From Bugula neritina (lineage: Eukaryota > Animalia > Bryozoa), in NCBI GenBank assembly GCA_964035545.1, contig OZ037769.1, positions 8,537,929 through 8,601,928 on the forward strand: a DNA stretch of 64,000 nucleotides, in the 5' to 3' direction. Made by a program: the position numbers and the translations under genes. This document shows positions 38,456 to 50,501 of the stretch, in pieces; the first letter of the stretch is position 1; the number at the start of each line of letters is the position of its first letter. The notes beneath the pieces are model-generated. The model saw only the letters and a program-made list of their open reading frames with translations, was not told where the DNA came from and ran no database searches.

Positions 38456-39998
38456 GTTCTTCGTCTTTTCATTGTCTCAGCTAGAATAATCCCACCGCTG
38501 CCACCACTGTTGTGCGATGCACAATGATTATGTGGGCTTTCTAGTGAGCAATTAGCATTTATCCTCAAGCAATCTGACTGTAATTTCGTTTGTAAGCTTT
38601 ATTATAAACCATAAAATATAACATGAAAATATCTATAAGTATCACCGTAATTGCTACTTTACATCGCTGCAAGTACACGCTAACTAACTAAAATATTGTT
38701 CTGCTTGGCTTAATCCAATAGTTGCCAATCACTCTCTGTGATTGGCAGGGGGATACGCGTGAGGCGTAAACCACGCCCCATTACACCTTTTACATGATAT
38801 TATTCCTGTTTGCTCATTTTTATGTCAATTCACATAGATCATAATAATAATAATGATAATAGTATGCTTTGCTCATAAATGATGTAACTAACAAAAGCTC
38901 TAAATCTGTAGGTTGCAGTAAATTTTTGTTGTAGTATTTTTAATAAAAATAAAGGATGATAGGTCATGTACAAATTCTGAGAAAGTATTTGTCTAGTAGC
39001 ATTTAGTATAAAATGCTTGCAACATACTGTTTGTAGCGGTTTGAGTGGGAATTAGGCTCCCTCTCTCAATTATAAAACCCTGTTGTTAAGCTGCTAACAA
39101 AGTAACATGTATAAGTGTAGGTTCCCGATATGTTATGTTGGCACATCTCTACAAAATTAAATTTTCACTTTTCCAGTTTGTGTATGCTGAACATGAAATC
39201 CTATTAGGCTATTTATATCAAATGTTTTTGACTCTGCCAATTTGAAAGTTTAGTACCTGTACTGACCGTTTATGTTAGTGTTGTACTTTGCCTTATAATA
39301 ACTTTTGGTAGCAATTTTGATTTAATTATTTATTTTAGATTATTATTGTATTGTAAAGTATTTCAGTAGCTCAAGATACTTATACACAGCGTATCTCAGT
39401 TTATTTATTATATATTTGAATTGCAAGGCAGAATTATAAGGCAAAGATAGCTCGACTTTATATTTTAGAAAAACTCTTCTAAATATAATTAGCCAACTTA
39501 TGAATCTGAAAAAATAGCCCCTTATTAGCTTAAAAAATGTTTGCTTTAGCATTCGCTTAGTTTCAAGCTATCGGACAGTACCCTTTTGCTTCTTCTTATT
39601 GCACTCCTTTTTTTTAGCTCAGCTTAAGATTTTTAATTTTATTTCTTTTTCTTTCTATGTTTACCATTAGAAGCAATAAATTGAAAACAACAACAACAAT
39701 AACAACCCTTTCTATGTTCCTTTGTTACACACTTTATTTGCACTGAACACTATAGCATAGTCCTATACATTCACTGAACAAATTAAACTAAATAAAAATA
39801 ACTAATTAGTGTATTTAGCACATCAAGAAAGAAGTAATTAGTAAAGTATTTGCACCAGCTTTGTTTCTTCAAGTCAAATACACACTCTTGATAACTGAAA
39901 TCAACAAAGTAACAGATAGGAAAAGCTACTGGTTGACTGCACCTGGTACATTAATACACTTACTATTACTCACTCTAAGAAGAGTACATGATTCCATC

Positions 39999-42900
39999 AT
40001 TATATTCCTGAAACGTTTGCAGTATTACTCTACCAACATTTCTGTTACTCTACTTTGTTGCGAATACAAAAGGAAGTAAGTAAAAATCATATATTATAGG
40101 CTACTCATTATGGTTGCTTGTTTAGATGAGATTCTCTGGGTGTATTTAGGAAAAGTTGATTTCTTTAGCTTAGAAATATTTTTTATAAACATGGCATCCA
40201 TCAAGTATACTTCTGCTGCAAAAATTTCCTAAAACAAGTTTTGCATTCTCCCAGTTTATGTCTAGCTTTTTTTCTAACATATTTTTAAACTTAAATTTAT
40301 AGTACCATCATTACATAATATACTTTGTGCACATAATACTTGCTCTGTAAAAGTGCTATATATAGCTTGTTTTCAAGCTTAAATGGCATAAACATAGCTA
40401 CTTTTTATTATTTATTATTTAACTTTAGCCGTTCAGATATTTAAATTCTATACCATCAAATGATATATTTTAATTGTAATTGCATATATAGCAGTTAATG
40501 TACTTTTTTGAGAAAAATTACCATGCAAGAGCGTGTCCATCTATTTAATCAACTTTATTCTTAGATGAGAGAAAATATGCAGAGAAATTGTCTGGTTTTG
40601 TTATTCAGGCGTATAGAAGAAATGAATTGTGAAACAAATGGCAGACCAACCTTTATCTGTAGTGCATGACATCAAATATTTGCTCAGAAATGGAGAATGA
40701 GCTTTGCATCTTTTGACAGCAATTAAAAATCTATCAAAAAACAAAGCAAGGATCTGCTCCAAATAACCATTGTAATAGTGGATGATGACAGAGATGGTAC
40801 GATAACTAGATGAGGTTTTGATTCACCATGCTACAACCAACTCCCAGATTGTATGTACTGCATGCTACATTTCTACTTTCACTTCTCCAAACATGTAGAT
40901 AAGAGGATAAGAATTGATTTGGTAGACAAATACTTTGTTGCAGAGATCAGTGTATTTACTGGTTAGTTGTTACTGAATTATCATATTATGCTAGGTTGTT
41001 ACAATCATTTGCTGTTTCTGTAAAACATCTTGAAGTATACAAAATAATACGTTTTACTCAATACAATGCTTGAATACTTCTCCAAACAAAATGCATTTGC
41101 AACAAATGTATAATTTTTTGTATATGCTTTCCATATTCAACTGCTTTACTTTATGTTTTAATGTCAACTATATAAAGTTTACGTCTTACTATACCTATAA
41201 TGAGTTATATTCAGTAGGTCTATGTGAATCATGTTTTTTTGTTGTTGTTATAGTCAACATCTATAGATATAATATGCTTGTGTAATTCTTGTGAATCAGT
41301 TAAGGTAGATTTTACAGTGCTTTTATCAGTTTATATTTTTAGTAGTTTTATACCATATTAATCAAAATGTAATGCATTAAAAGTCAGCCCATCATATTGC
41401 ATCTGATGGCGTGTCATTATAACAATGTAATAATAATATATTGTAAGATTTTGTTTGATTTCATAATTGAGGTTACGCTATTTGTAGACAAAGCTATTGT
41501 TTTATGAAAAGCCTAAAGTGCAGCTTTTCAATACTAGTTTGCATGTAATAAGAGCTTAAAGTTCAAAGGATGCACTAACTAAGAAAGCACTTATTGTACA
41601 AGCCTTGTTTTTGCCGCGATTCTAACAATTAAAGAAAATAAATTCAATACCCCATTATTAGCTTGATCTATGAAACAATACCAAACTGTGGAAGATTGTG
41701 GTGAAATACATATTGCTTCTAAATTTGAAAATGTACATAATTGCATTAGTCACTATAAATATTAAACCTGAGTTATTTAACAGTGTTGTCAAATAATTTT
41801 TTTTTGAATAAATGAAACATCAATTAAGCAAAGCATGTCATATGCAGATTTCATGTCCAACAATTTTCAGGTGGCCGGTTTTTTTGCGACATTTGACTAG
41901 AATAAAGATAGTAACTAACCCCTACACTGTCAATGTGAATCCAGTCTATCACAAGAGTTATTGGAAGGGTGTCTATTATGAAGGAAGGGCATCATATCAA
42001 TGGAATGCTAACATCAAACCAGCTTCACTCTGTCTCTATCTTGCTGTGGTGAGAGAAACTTCTGGTGGATTAACTCTCTCAGAAATTGAGGTGTTTGGAT
42101 ATAGTGGGTAATAATATACTGATACATATTGAAGTGCTGAATTTCATGAAATAAGAAAATACTTTATTGAAATGAATATTATGATAAAATTGTTAATACA
42201 TCTATCTAAGCAGTAATAACTTCATGAAAATGTTGAAGAAACCTCTATACTTATAGTGGCAAAATTGTTTTTGATGAAGTATATCAATTGAAAGGTTTCC
42301 TGAAATGACGAAAGTTTTACTATATAGTGTTGAGTATTTAATTTTATTTAATGTTGTTCTTAGCAACAATTTAACATCCTTCCCAACACAATAATTCGTA
42401 GCGTTATGTGAAAAAATTTTCAGCCATAAACAAAACTTATTCACAAAGATGGACAGTTTTATATAATAATAATAGCTTTCCAAAAACATCCTACTCATAA
42501 CCATGTTCACACAAGGTTTTTGACCATATTCAAATAAAGTTCCATAATAATTAAGACAGCTGCTTATCATATTAAGTTTGACCACAAATTTTCTTTACAA
42601 TTTTTATAAGAAATAGTACTGCATAGAGCTTTAATTGTTTATCAACAGCTCTAGCAGATTTTAAACATTTTCGTAAATATACAAATCAAATAAAAGCTAT
42701 ATATGTATAAAATAATTGTTGCACCATTATTTATTGCTGTAGTTTTTGTGTGGAACTTCTTCATGGAAATCATCAGGAAGTTATACTTATGTTACTGTGT
42801 GTGGTCTGACACCTGCTGTAGGTCTACAGTGTAGAGTGAACTAGAGTCAGAATTGATGATATGTCATTCAAACTGAAATACATGCAAACCTACAGTGTTC

Positions 42901-45027
42901 AGGTAAGTCTTTTATATTACATAATTTTCTAATTTCTGATATAAGCCAAACTGATGCAACATAGTATGCTCTAATAGTAATTTAGGTGTATTGGAAATGT
43001 CATTATAGTCACATTTACAATTTTGCATTTGGTTCAAGCTGGTAGACCTACAATATATGCTCTTCCAGAAATGATTGATTGTTTTAAACATGGAAATATC
43101 TTTAATTCTAACTTTGTGTATTTTTCAGTTCCGATTTTAATGATTATTCTCTGTTTTCCAAACTAATCACTGCATTTCCATGACTGTGCTACTTGCTAAT
43201 AAATAGATGAATATTAATTTGTAGTTGCGGCTTGCATCAACTTATGGTTGTTGTTTTCCTCGATGTAACTGCTGCCATTAGGCTATCAAAAATCAATTCG
43301 AATGACTCATAGAAATGTTGTGATTCAGTGACAATAAGTGCAAGATCCTTTTTACAATCATTTCTTATTTGATAAAATATGGTATTTAAAAAGTATGAGT
43401 ATATTATTGTCCAAACTTAGAAATTCAACTTTTTGTAAAAATATTAATTCAAAAACACAATTCTTCTATTAGCCTAACCTATATTTCGTTTTTGGCTTAT
43501 TTACAGATCTTATTGTGGTTCAATTTTATGATATCACATTCAGTACAGGAAGTAAAACACAAAATGGAAGAAGATGGCGTTACCAGTACTTTGTCTCTTG
43601 GAAGGTAAAGAATTTTTTTTGTTTAAATCTATGATATGCACTAATTTTTTGGAAAGTATAAATGTAAAAAATACTGTACTAAGCTAAAAAAAATGCTACT
43701 TCATACAAAGTAACTAATTTCTGCTAGCATGGTTAATTGTTGATTTGATAAAGTTCTCTACTTCAGCCTGTGCCCCTAAAAGCAATTGTAGGCTTATGAA
43801 GAGAGAAAATGCAAGTTGTCAACATATTTGATGCTCGTATTCATCATAATGCTCACTTCTGTACATAAACATGATATAATGTTTTGAACTATTGTAAATC
43901 TCCTTAGTTAGCTGCACCACTGGAGGTTGTATCTGGTTATGCTCCTAATATTTCACAATATCAGCTATCAAATATAACAATACTGTTGAAAATATTTTAT
44001 ATGTTGATTGTAGGTTCCTTCACTTTACACATCCTGTGTTAATTCTTCAAATCCATACAGAGTACAAATAAATTCAACCACAGAATCTCAAGTAGTTAAC
44101 AGTTATAATAAAAACAATTACACTGTATATGGAGACAGTGAAGATGCCATCACAGTTAAAGTACAAATCAGAAACAAAGATGGAGATTTGTTTTCACCTG
44201 CTACCAAATCTTTGATAGTTCCAATTGGATTACGTAAGGAAAGAAATTTTGAGATTTTTCAACTCAATGAAAACATAGTAAAATTATCTATTCTAATATA
44301 AATTAAAATCTAAGTTATTATTGCTTAAGATACCATAAAGTGATGTTGATGCTTTTTTACTTTGTATCTAATTTTTTCATGCTTTATCAACAGCTCTTCA
44401 AGTAGCACCAGAAGACTTTAATCTAACAGCTGTATCTACATACTGTGTTAGTCTGAGTTATGATCCTGTACTCTATCCTAATGAACAAGAGAGTGGACTA
44501 GTATATCAGGTATAAAAACAAATACAACTATATATTGTTGATGGCAAAATTATGATTAAAGCCTTAAACCACGAATAGATGCATAATTAAAGTTTACCAT
44601 CTATATGTATACATGTAAACATACTGAAAGTAAGCAGCGTTAATTGCTTACTCAATGTTTTAAATGTTTTAAGTAGGCCGCAAAGTTTTAAAATTATAAA
44701 GTTAATTTATTTTTTGAGGCAATTAATTTTAGAGCGACTTTATATCATTATAACTCTTACTAAGTGAGTTTTCATCATTATGCATATAGTTTTAATTTAG
44801 GGCTTCCAAAAACCTCAGTTTGCATAATTATAATATTTGATGCAATACTTTTACAGTATAACTGTAACTTCAGTTTTCTTGCTACTTTATAGTTTGGTGT
44901 TAGAAGTTCTAATTCTGTGGTTTGATTTGTGAGTTCTTCGTTAGATTTTACAATCAGTTGCTCGAGGTTTACCTAGCTTCATATTCTTCTCCTCTACTAC
45001 TCTACTTAGACACTGTGTGACAACTCC
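39999..45027 (+). pseudogene. Truncated pseudogenic paralogue of the lectin-FN3 receptor (exons 1-9)
   Basis: Start ATG changed to ATT at 39999; exon 2 (~40720-40961) and exon 5 (~42742-42902) carry stops/indels; exon 3 ~41871-42107, exon 6 ~43507-43604, exon 7 44014-44233, exon 8 44394-44509; exon 9 interrupted at ~44870. Upstream region 39130-39990 aligns with 3620-4360. Confidence 0.9.
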
Positions 45028-45091
45028 AAAACTCTCTACACTGCGACATGCAGAAAAGAGCTCAGATTTTAGTCCACTGCTGTAGACATCC

Positions 45092-46545
45092 TTGTTTTTT
45101 TGTTTGTTTGTTTGAATTTCCATCAAATAGTAGTTTATGTCATAGGTTGAAAAACAGAAAAAAATCAGTGATAAGGTCCATATGCACAATAGTGAAGCTA
45201 GTCGAGGTGCTTGACCCAGAGGTAGCAGCCAGCAGAGCCCGCACGACGCAGACCCTAAATCAGTGAGTCAAGCAGGAACTGCTTCAAGGCCACCGCAAAC
45301 TCACTCCTACTTCGTATCTCCCTCAGGTGCTTTGGGAGGGAATTTCAGGCGTCGGCCACCTGATAGGTAACCTGTCTATGGCCACGCGCAGTAGTGAAGA
45401 GTGGCAAGGAGAGACTGAGAGGAGCATGTCTGGTTGGGTAGGAAGGAAGGTAGTTAGATGCTAGGCATAACGAAAATTCAGAATGGGCGAGTAGACAAAT
45501 TCAAAGTTTATAGAGTTCATAAATTGGTAATATTTTAAATTCTTTATATAAAGGTGCTGCGTGAAATCGAGGTGGTTTGTGAAAAATTATACGAAGTAGT
45601 CTATTTTGAATAGTTAAAATTTTATCTAGGTAAATGGATGGGGCATTGCCCCAGACTTCTAAGCAATATACAATTTTACTATTTATTAGGCTATTATATA
45701 ATAGAATTAAAACTTTGCGAGGTAGGAAGGTGGAAGCTACATAGGTCAGTCCCAGATTTTGGCGTAGTGTATTTCAAAGGTTTTCAATATGGGTAGCCCA
45801 ATTTAAATTTTTATCAATTGTGATTCCTAGAAATTTGATTAATTCTGCATTGTTAATTTCGGTATTGTTTATAAAAAGAGGTTGGGAGATACGAAATTTA
45901 TTTTGCGGATTCTTAATAATAATGAAATTTGTCTTTTCGATGTTGAGGGTTAATTTGTTTGCGAAGCGCCAGATCTTTATTCTTTCAAGATTTCTATTTA
46001 TTGTTTGAATTTCGTCATTAAAATTTTTGCTATGAAAAAGAAGATTTGTGTCATCGGCAAATAAGATGGTGTTAAAGAATTGCGCACTTTTAATTAATTA
46101 AGTCATTTATATATAGTAGGAATAATGTAGGACCTAAAATCGAACCTTGCGGTACCCCACAACTGATCTTTAGCAGAGCTGAGGTAACATTGTTTAGGAA
46201 AACGCATTGAGCTCGGTCACTTAAATAGTGCTGTATTAGTTTGACAGACTCATTAGAAAAATTTACACTACTCAGTTTTTTAGTGAGAATATGGTGATCT
46301 ATTGTATCAAAAGCTTTTGAAAAGTCTATAAAAATTCCAAGGACAACCAAACTCGAGTTTAGGGCGGAAAACGCATTATTAGCAAATTTAATCAGAGCAT
46401 CGTGAGTTCCCTTCAATTTTTGGAATCCGTATTGGGAGCTTGATATTATTTGTTCATCATACAAATGATTTTTAATTTGGGTGTTGATAACTTTCTCGTA
46501 AATCTTTGAAAAAATAGGTAGGATCGATATAGGTCTATAATTATA
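45092..46545 (-). mobile_element. 5'-truncated CR1/L2-group (Crack/Daphne-like) LINE
   Basis: NYRPISILPIFSKIYEK, QYGFQ, FIDFSKAFDTIDH, GVPQGSILGPTLFLLYINDL, LFADDTNL, C-terminal NSLPKHLR..LKQFL; (CAAA)n tail at 45092-45115. Confidence 0.9.
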
Positions 46546-49330
46546 GTCATTTCCTCTAGTCATTTTCTCTAGTCATTTCCTCTAGTCTAGCTTGAAGCAG
46601 ACTCTGAGACTTGCTGGTGTCTTTCTCCGTTGCTACTTTCTGAAGTCTGCCAGTTTGCTGTGGCAGGAGTTTACCCTTCTGTATATTAGCTGGGTTACCA
46701 TTGACTACATTGATGGGTGCTGTGCCATTCACATGCACACTGGGAGATGTCTGCAGTGCAACAGTGGCGGATCCAGAACCCGATATAAAAGCTTTGCTGT
46801 CAGCTTTTAGTTTAGATGAAAGAGGGGGTAGGAGAAGTGCCGAGGCTTTTTAAAATCTTGTTTTACATCGGCTGATGCAGGAGGTGATAAACTTTGTCTC
46901 TTCAGTAGTTTCTTAGTAGACACAGCGGATGTCTGACTTTGTTGTGACTCATTACTGCATGCACTCAGTGACCTTTCTACATTCTCTCTGGCTAGAGCTG
47001 TGTGTAATTTAGACTGAATATTTCTAGGTGTATCCTTAAGGGGGCCTTCGCGTTCTCCTCTATTTCCTTAGTTACACCAGCCCACTTACTCTTAGGCTTA
47101 CTCTTCCGGATCACAGGCTTGATGAGAGGATTTAACTTGTCTTTTGTAGCGAGTAAGAGTGGTAAAAGGCTCTCCCATGGTTTTGCAAGTTTGAAAGGTT
47201 TGCTGAAAGCAGGCATAGATTGTCTCTTCTCCGAGTTGCCATTCTTTATTTGCAGTAGACTGGATTTTCTGCATTTAGTTGGAGCTTTGTTTACCCCTTT
47301 TGCAGTCACTTTAGATTTTGCTCTCTCATTGGCCGAGACAGGCGTGAAATGTGTGATAGAGGTACTACTAGTAAATTCATACTCTCTTTTATTCCCTATC
47401 GACATGGACACAAGGTCATTGACTTCTAAAGATCGGTTTAACTGTTCAGAACTGGTTTGTTCTGCAGACTCAATGACTGGGTCTCCCGGGCAGGAGGTTC
47501 ACTGTAACTGGTCTGAGTCATCAGCTGACTCATTCATCCAACATCCAGTGGCTGTAGTCTGGGACTCGCTACAAATTATAATAGCCTGAGGCCTAGTTTC
47601 TATGGTCTTAGTGACATTGAGGGAGTTGCAGTCACTATTGCATAAACTATATGTAAAATTTACTGAGTTTGAAAATGCTTCTAGCTCTTGATTGGTCGAT
47701 TCAGGGGTCGAATATGAGCTCATGTTGACCTCTGCATCTCGGAGTCATTGAGGGCTGGGGAGTTGTTTCCATTTACTAACTGACCCTTCATTTGGATAAA
47801 CGTCTTGCTTGAAACTGAGACTACATGTGTATCATTACTAGATTTCCTTTTATCAACTGAGGTGTTCATATTCACATTATAACCGTCAGATTCCTGCTCT
47901 AAGTAGTACACAATGCCAAAAGATACGTTTCCACAGGTAGAGTTATTACTACTAGAGCTGCCACGTTTACTTTACCTTGTACCAGATAACTTTGAAAATG
48001 ACCTTATGAACTGACTAGGAGACGCGTCGGGACTATTAACACTGTAGGCCGCCAGAGAAACTGTAGACAAGTCTAGATTACAGCCGTTGAGCGTGTCCTG
48101 AATGCTTTCATGTTGCATATTATATACTCTACTATATGCATTTTATATACTCCGCCGCATGCTGCCATACGTACACTGTTCACTTTTCTGTTTCACAGTA
48201 TGGTTGTAGTGGCAGCCAAGTTTTTCAGAAAAAATGCTTTCAACTTCCTCCAAATTTTTATGCATCATGGTAGCCTGGACATGGAAATATGAAGATGGAA
48301 GTGTAGAAAAGTTGCTAAGGGCCGGGTGTGCTCCTTGCACACACAGTCCAAAAGGTCTGGAATATACATAAAAGTGAGGTCTCGCTTGATCAACTTGGTG
48401 TTTTGGATACATATCCAAGAAGATCGCTACCAATTAGCAGGTCGATAGGTCCCGCCTTCTTTAATAGCTTGTTAGTGTCTACTTTTGGGAACAAAAACCC
48501 GAGGGTGTTTGCATCAAGTGGCCTGTTGATAGCCGCTGTGAGTTTCTGAAGACTGTAAGCTAAAATGGTAAAAGTCCTTCCTTTTTCTAGTCTGTAACTT
48601 TATTTTATAAGTAGTAGAAGTTTCGTTAGCTTTATGTTCACCAAGTGTGTTCATTTCCAAATTCACCTTAGCTATCTGCCGTGCACCCCACGCTCTATCA
48701 GCTCTCTTCAATATAAACGGAGCATTAGATCCTCCGTCGAAAATATAAGAGCTGGGTGAAATGTACCCACTACTTGGGCCTGCTGCATGGCAAATACTGT
48801 AGCGTTACCTAGATGATTGTGCACTCCATGATTAGGAGACACATGGACTGTAGTGCTAACAGCAGACGCTTCAGAATTCTCGCTAATCTTGTGTTTAATT
48901 TGATCAGCTTTTACTTTATTCAACTTGGTATTAAAATTGATATGTGTATTAGTTTCAGCAGATTCAATGCACAATAACACATGGGGAGTTGTTTTGTTAC
49001 ACACTGAACAAGGGATTTGATAATTTACTAGCATTTAGGCTCATGAGCGCTCAAGCACCTAACACATAGAGAATTAATTTTTTATAACTTGTATCTTCCA
49101 TCTACAGACAACGCCAAGGAATTTCTGCACTCAACAAGACAATGACGTTTACTGTGATGAATAAAACAGTAATTCTTACTATCAATGAGTTTGTTATTAT
49201 TATTAAAACTGTTACTACTAGACTTTGGGCCACTGCTTTTAGTGTGGAACGCTTTCAGCTTCTGCTTATGCATGCTGGAGAGGTTTGACTAAAATGGGTG
49301 TCGCGAACAATTTTCGTTTTATTTTCAGAG
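46546..49330 (-). mobile_element. Degenerate BEL/Pao-like retrotransposon remnant (gag Cys array and protease region)
   Basis: CFIHHSKRHCLVEC..R..LC..CSVCNKTTPHVLLC resembles the BEL/Pao triple Cys-His array; VNLEMNTLG and DLLIGSD..PFGLCVQG follow. The 46550-48000 part is Ser/Lys-rich ORF debris that I cannot assign. No LTRs found. Confidence 0.5.
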
Positions 49331-49570
49331 TTTTATTCAGTTGTGATTGTTAAGACTATTGTTAAATAAATGTTTAGTATATAGTGAACATTTCACAATC
49401 GCTTAAACCAAAATACATGAATAAATAATAGTGATGAAATTGAAATGACTGGAACAAAAACAAACTCGTTAGGAGTTATTTTTTCTTGTTAAAATATCAA
49501 TTTTCAACTCAATTTCTTTGTGATTTTTGAGATCATAGACATGTTGACTTATGAAACATATATTTTAAAC

Positions 49571-49647
<77 letters not shown>

Positions 49648-49719
49648 TATACGAGAAACATTGTTGTTTTTTTTTTTTTACTTTATTAGGTAAAGTAATT
49701 ACACTGATATTTCGGGTAC

Positions 49720-49759
49720 TACTCTGAAGATGGGTACAGTGGTACCCGAAATATCAGTG
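49720..49759 (+). ncRNA. Minimal (Penelope-type) hammerhead ribozyme at the centre of a palindrome spanning 49643-49819
   Basis: UACU-CUGAAGA-U-GGGUAC agug GUACCC-GAAA-UA-UC-AGUG: stem III reduced to palindromic AUAU. AATAAA downstream; (TA)n on both sides. Confidence 0.75.
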
Positions 49760-49849
49760 TAATTACTTTACCTAATAAAGTAAAAAAAAAAAAAACAACA
49801 ATGTTTCTCGTATACCTATTTATAATCAAATTGCTAGCTCGTAAAGATA

Positions 49850-49948
<99 letters not shown>

Positions 49949-50501
49949 TATAATCTACTGCATTAGGCTATTAGATGATGTACAGCGTAACAATTGCAAC
50001 TAGCCCTAAGGCTTATGGCCATATAACTGTTATCATGGGGGGTGGGGGGAATAGATAGTTTCATATTCATTTATCATTTAACCTAAAGAAGAAGCTAAAC
50101 TTGTTTGATAATTGACAGTAAAATGATACATTGATAAATGCTGCAATCACTGATTATTTTACAAGGAATCATTCATATAGCTAAGAAGTAAATTACATTA
50201 TCTGCACAAGCATGTAAACAGGTTAGTTGAACTAAGTCACATGCATAAAGGTTGAGAAGGGGAATTAGTTTTTCCAGTTATGACAGATGATAAGGAAATA
50301 TTGCATCACACTTTACCTTAGCAATAACTGATCACGTGTTAACTAATCACAAGGCTTTTCATTTGTAAAGAGACACTTCCAAGTTGTTGTGAATTGTGGA
50401 TGTATTCACATAAACTTACTACTACTGATTGATAGAAAGAATAGCAAATGTAGGATAGAATGTGGAGCCTCCAGTAATCTAACACTTTTATTAGCATCAC
50501 C

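Larger units (their letters stand above)
31341..38785 (-). mobile_element. Full-length Gypsy/Ty3 LTR retrotransposon B (7445 bp) with extra 3' ORF
   Basis: 278-bp TG..CA LTRs at 31341-31618 and 38508-38785 (2 mismatches), CCTT target-site duplication (31337-31340, 38786-38789), PBS 38489-38506, G-rich PPT 31619-31631, order gag-PR-RT-RH-IN. Confidence 0.98.
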
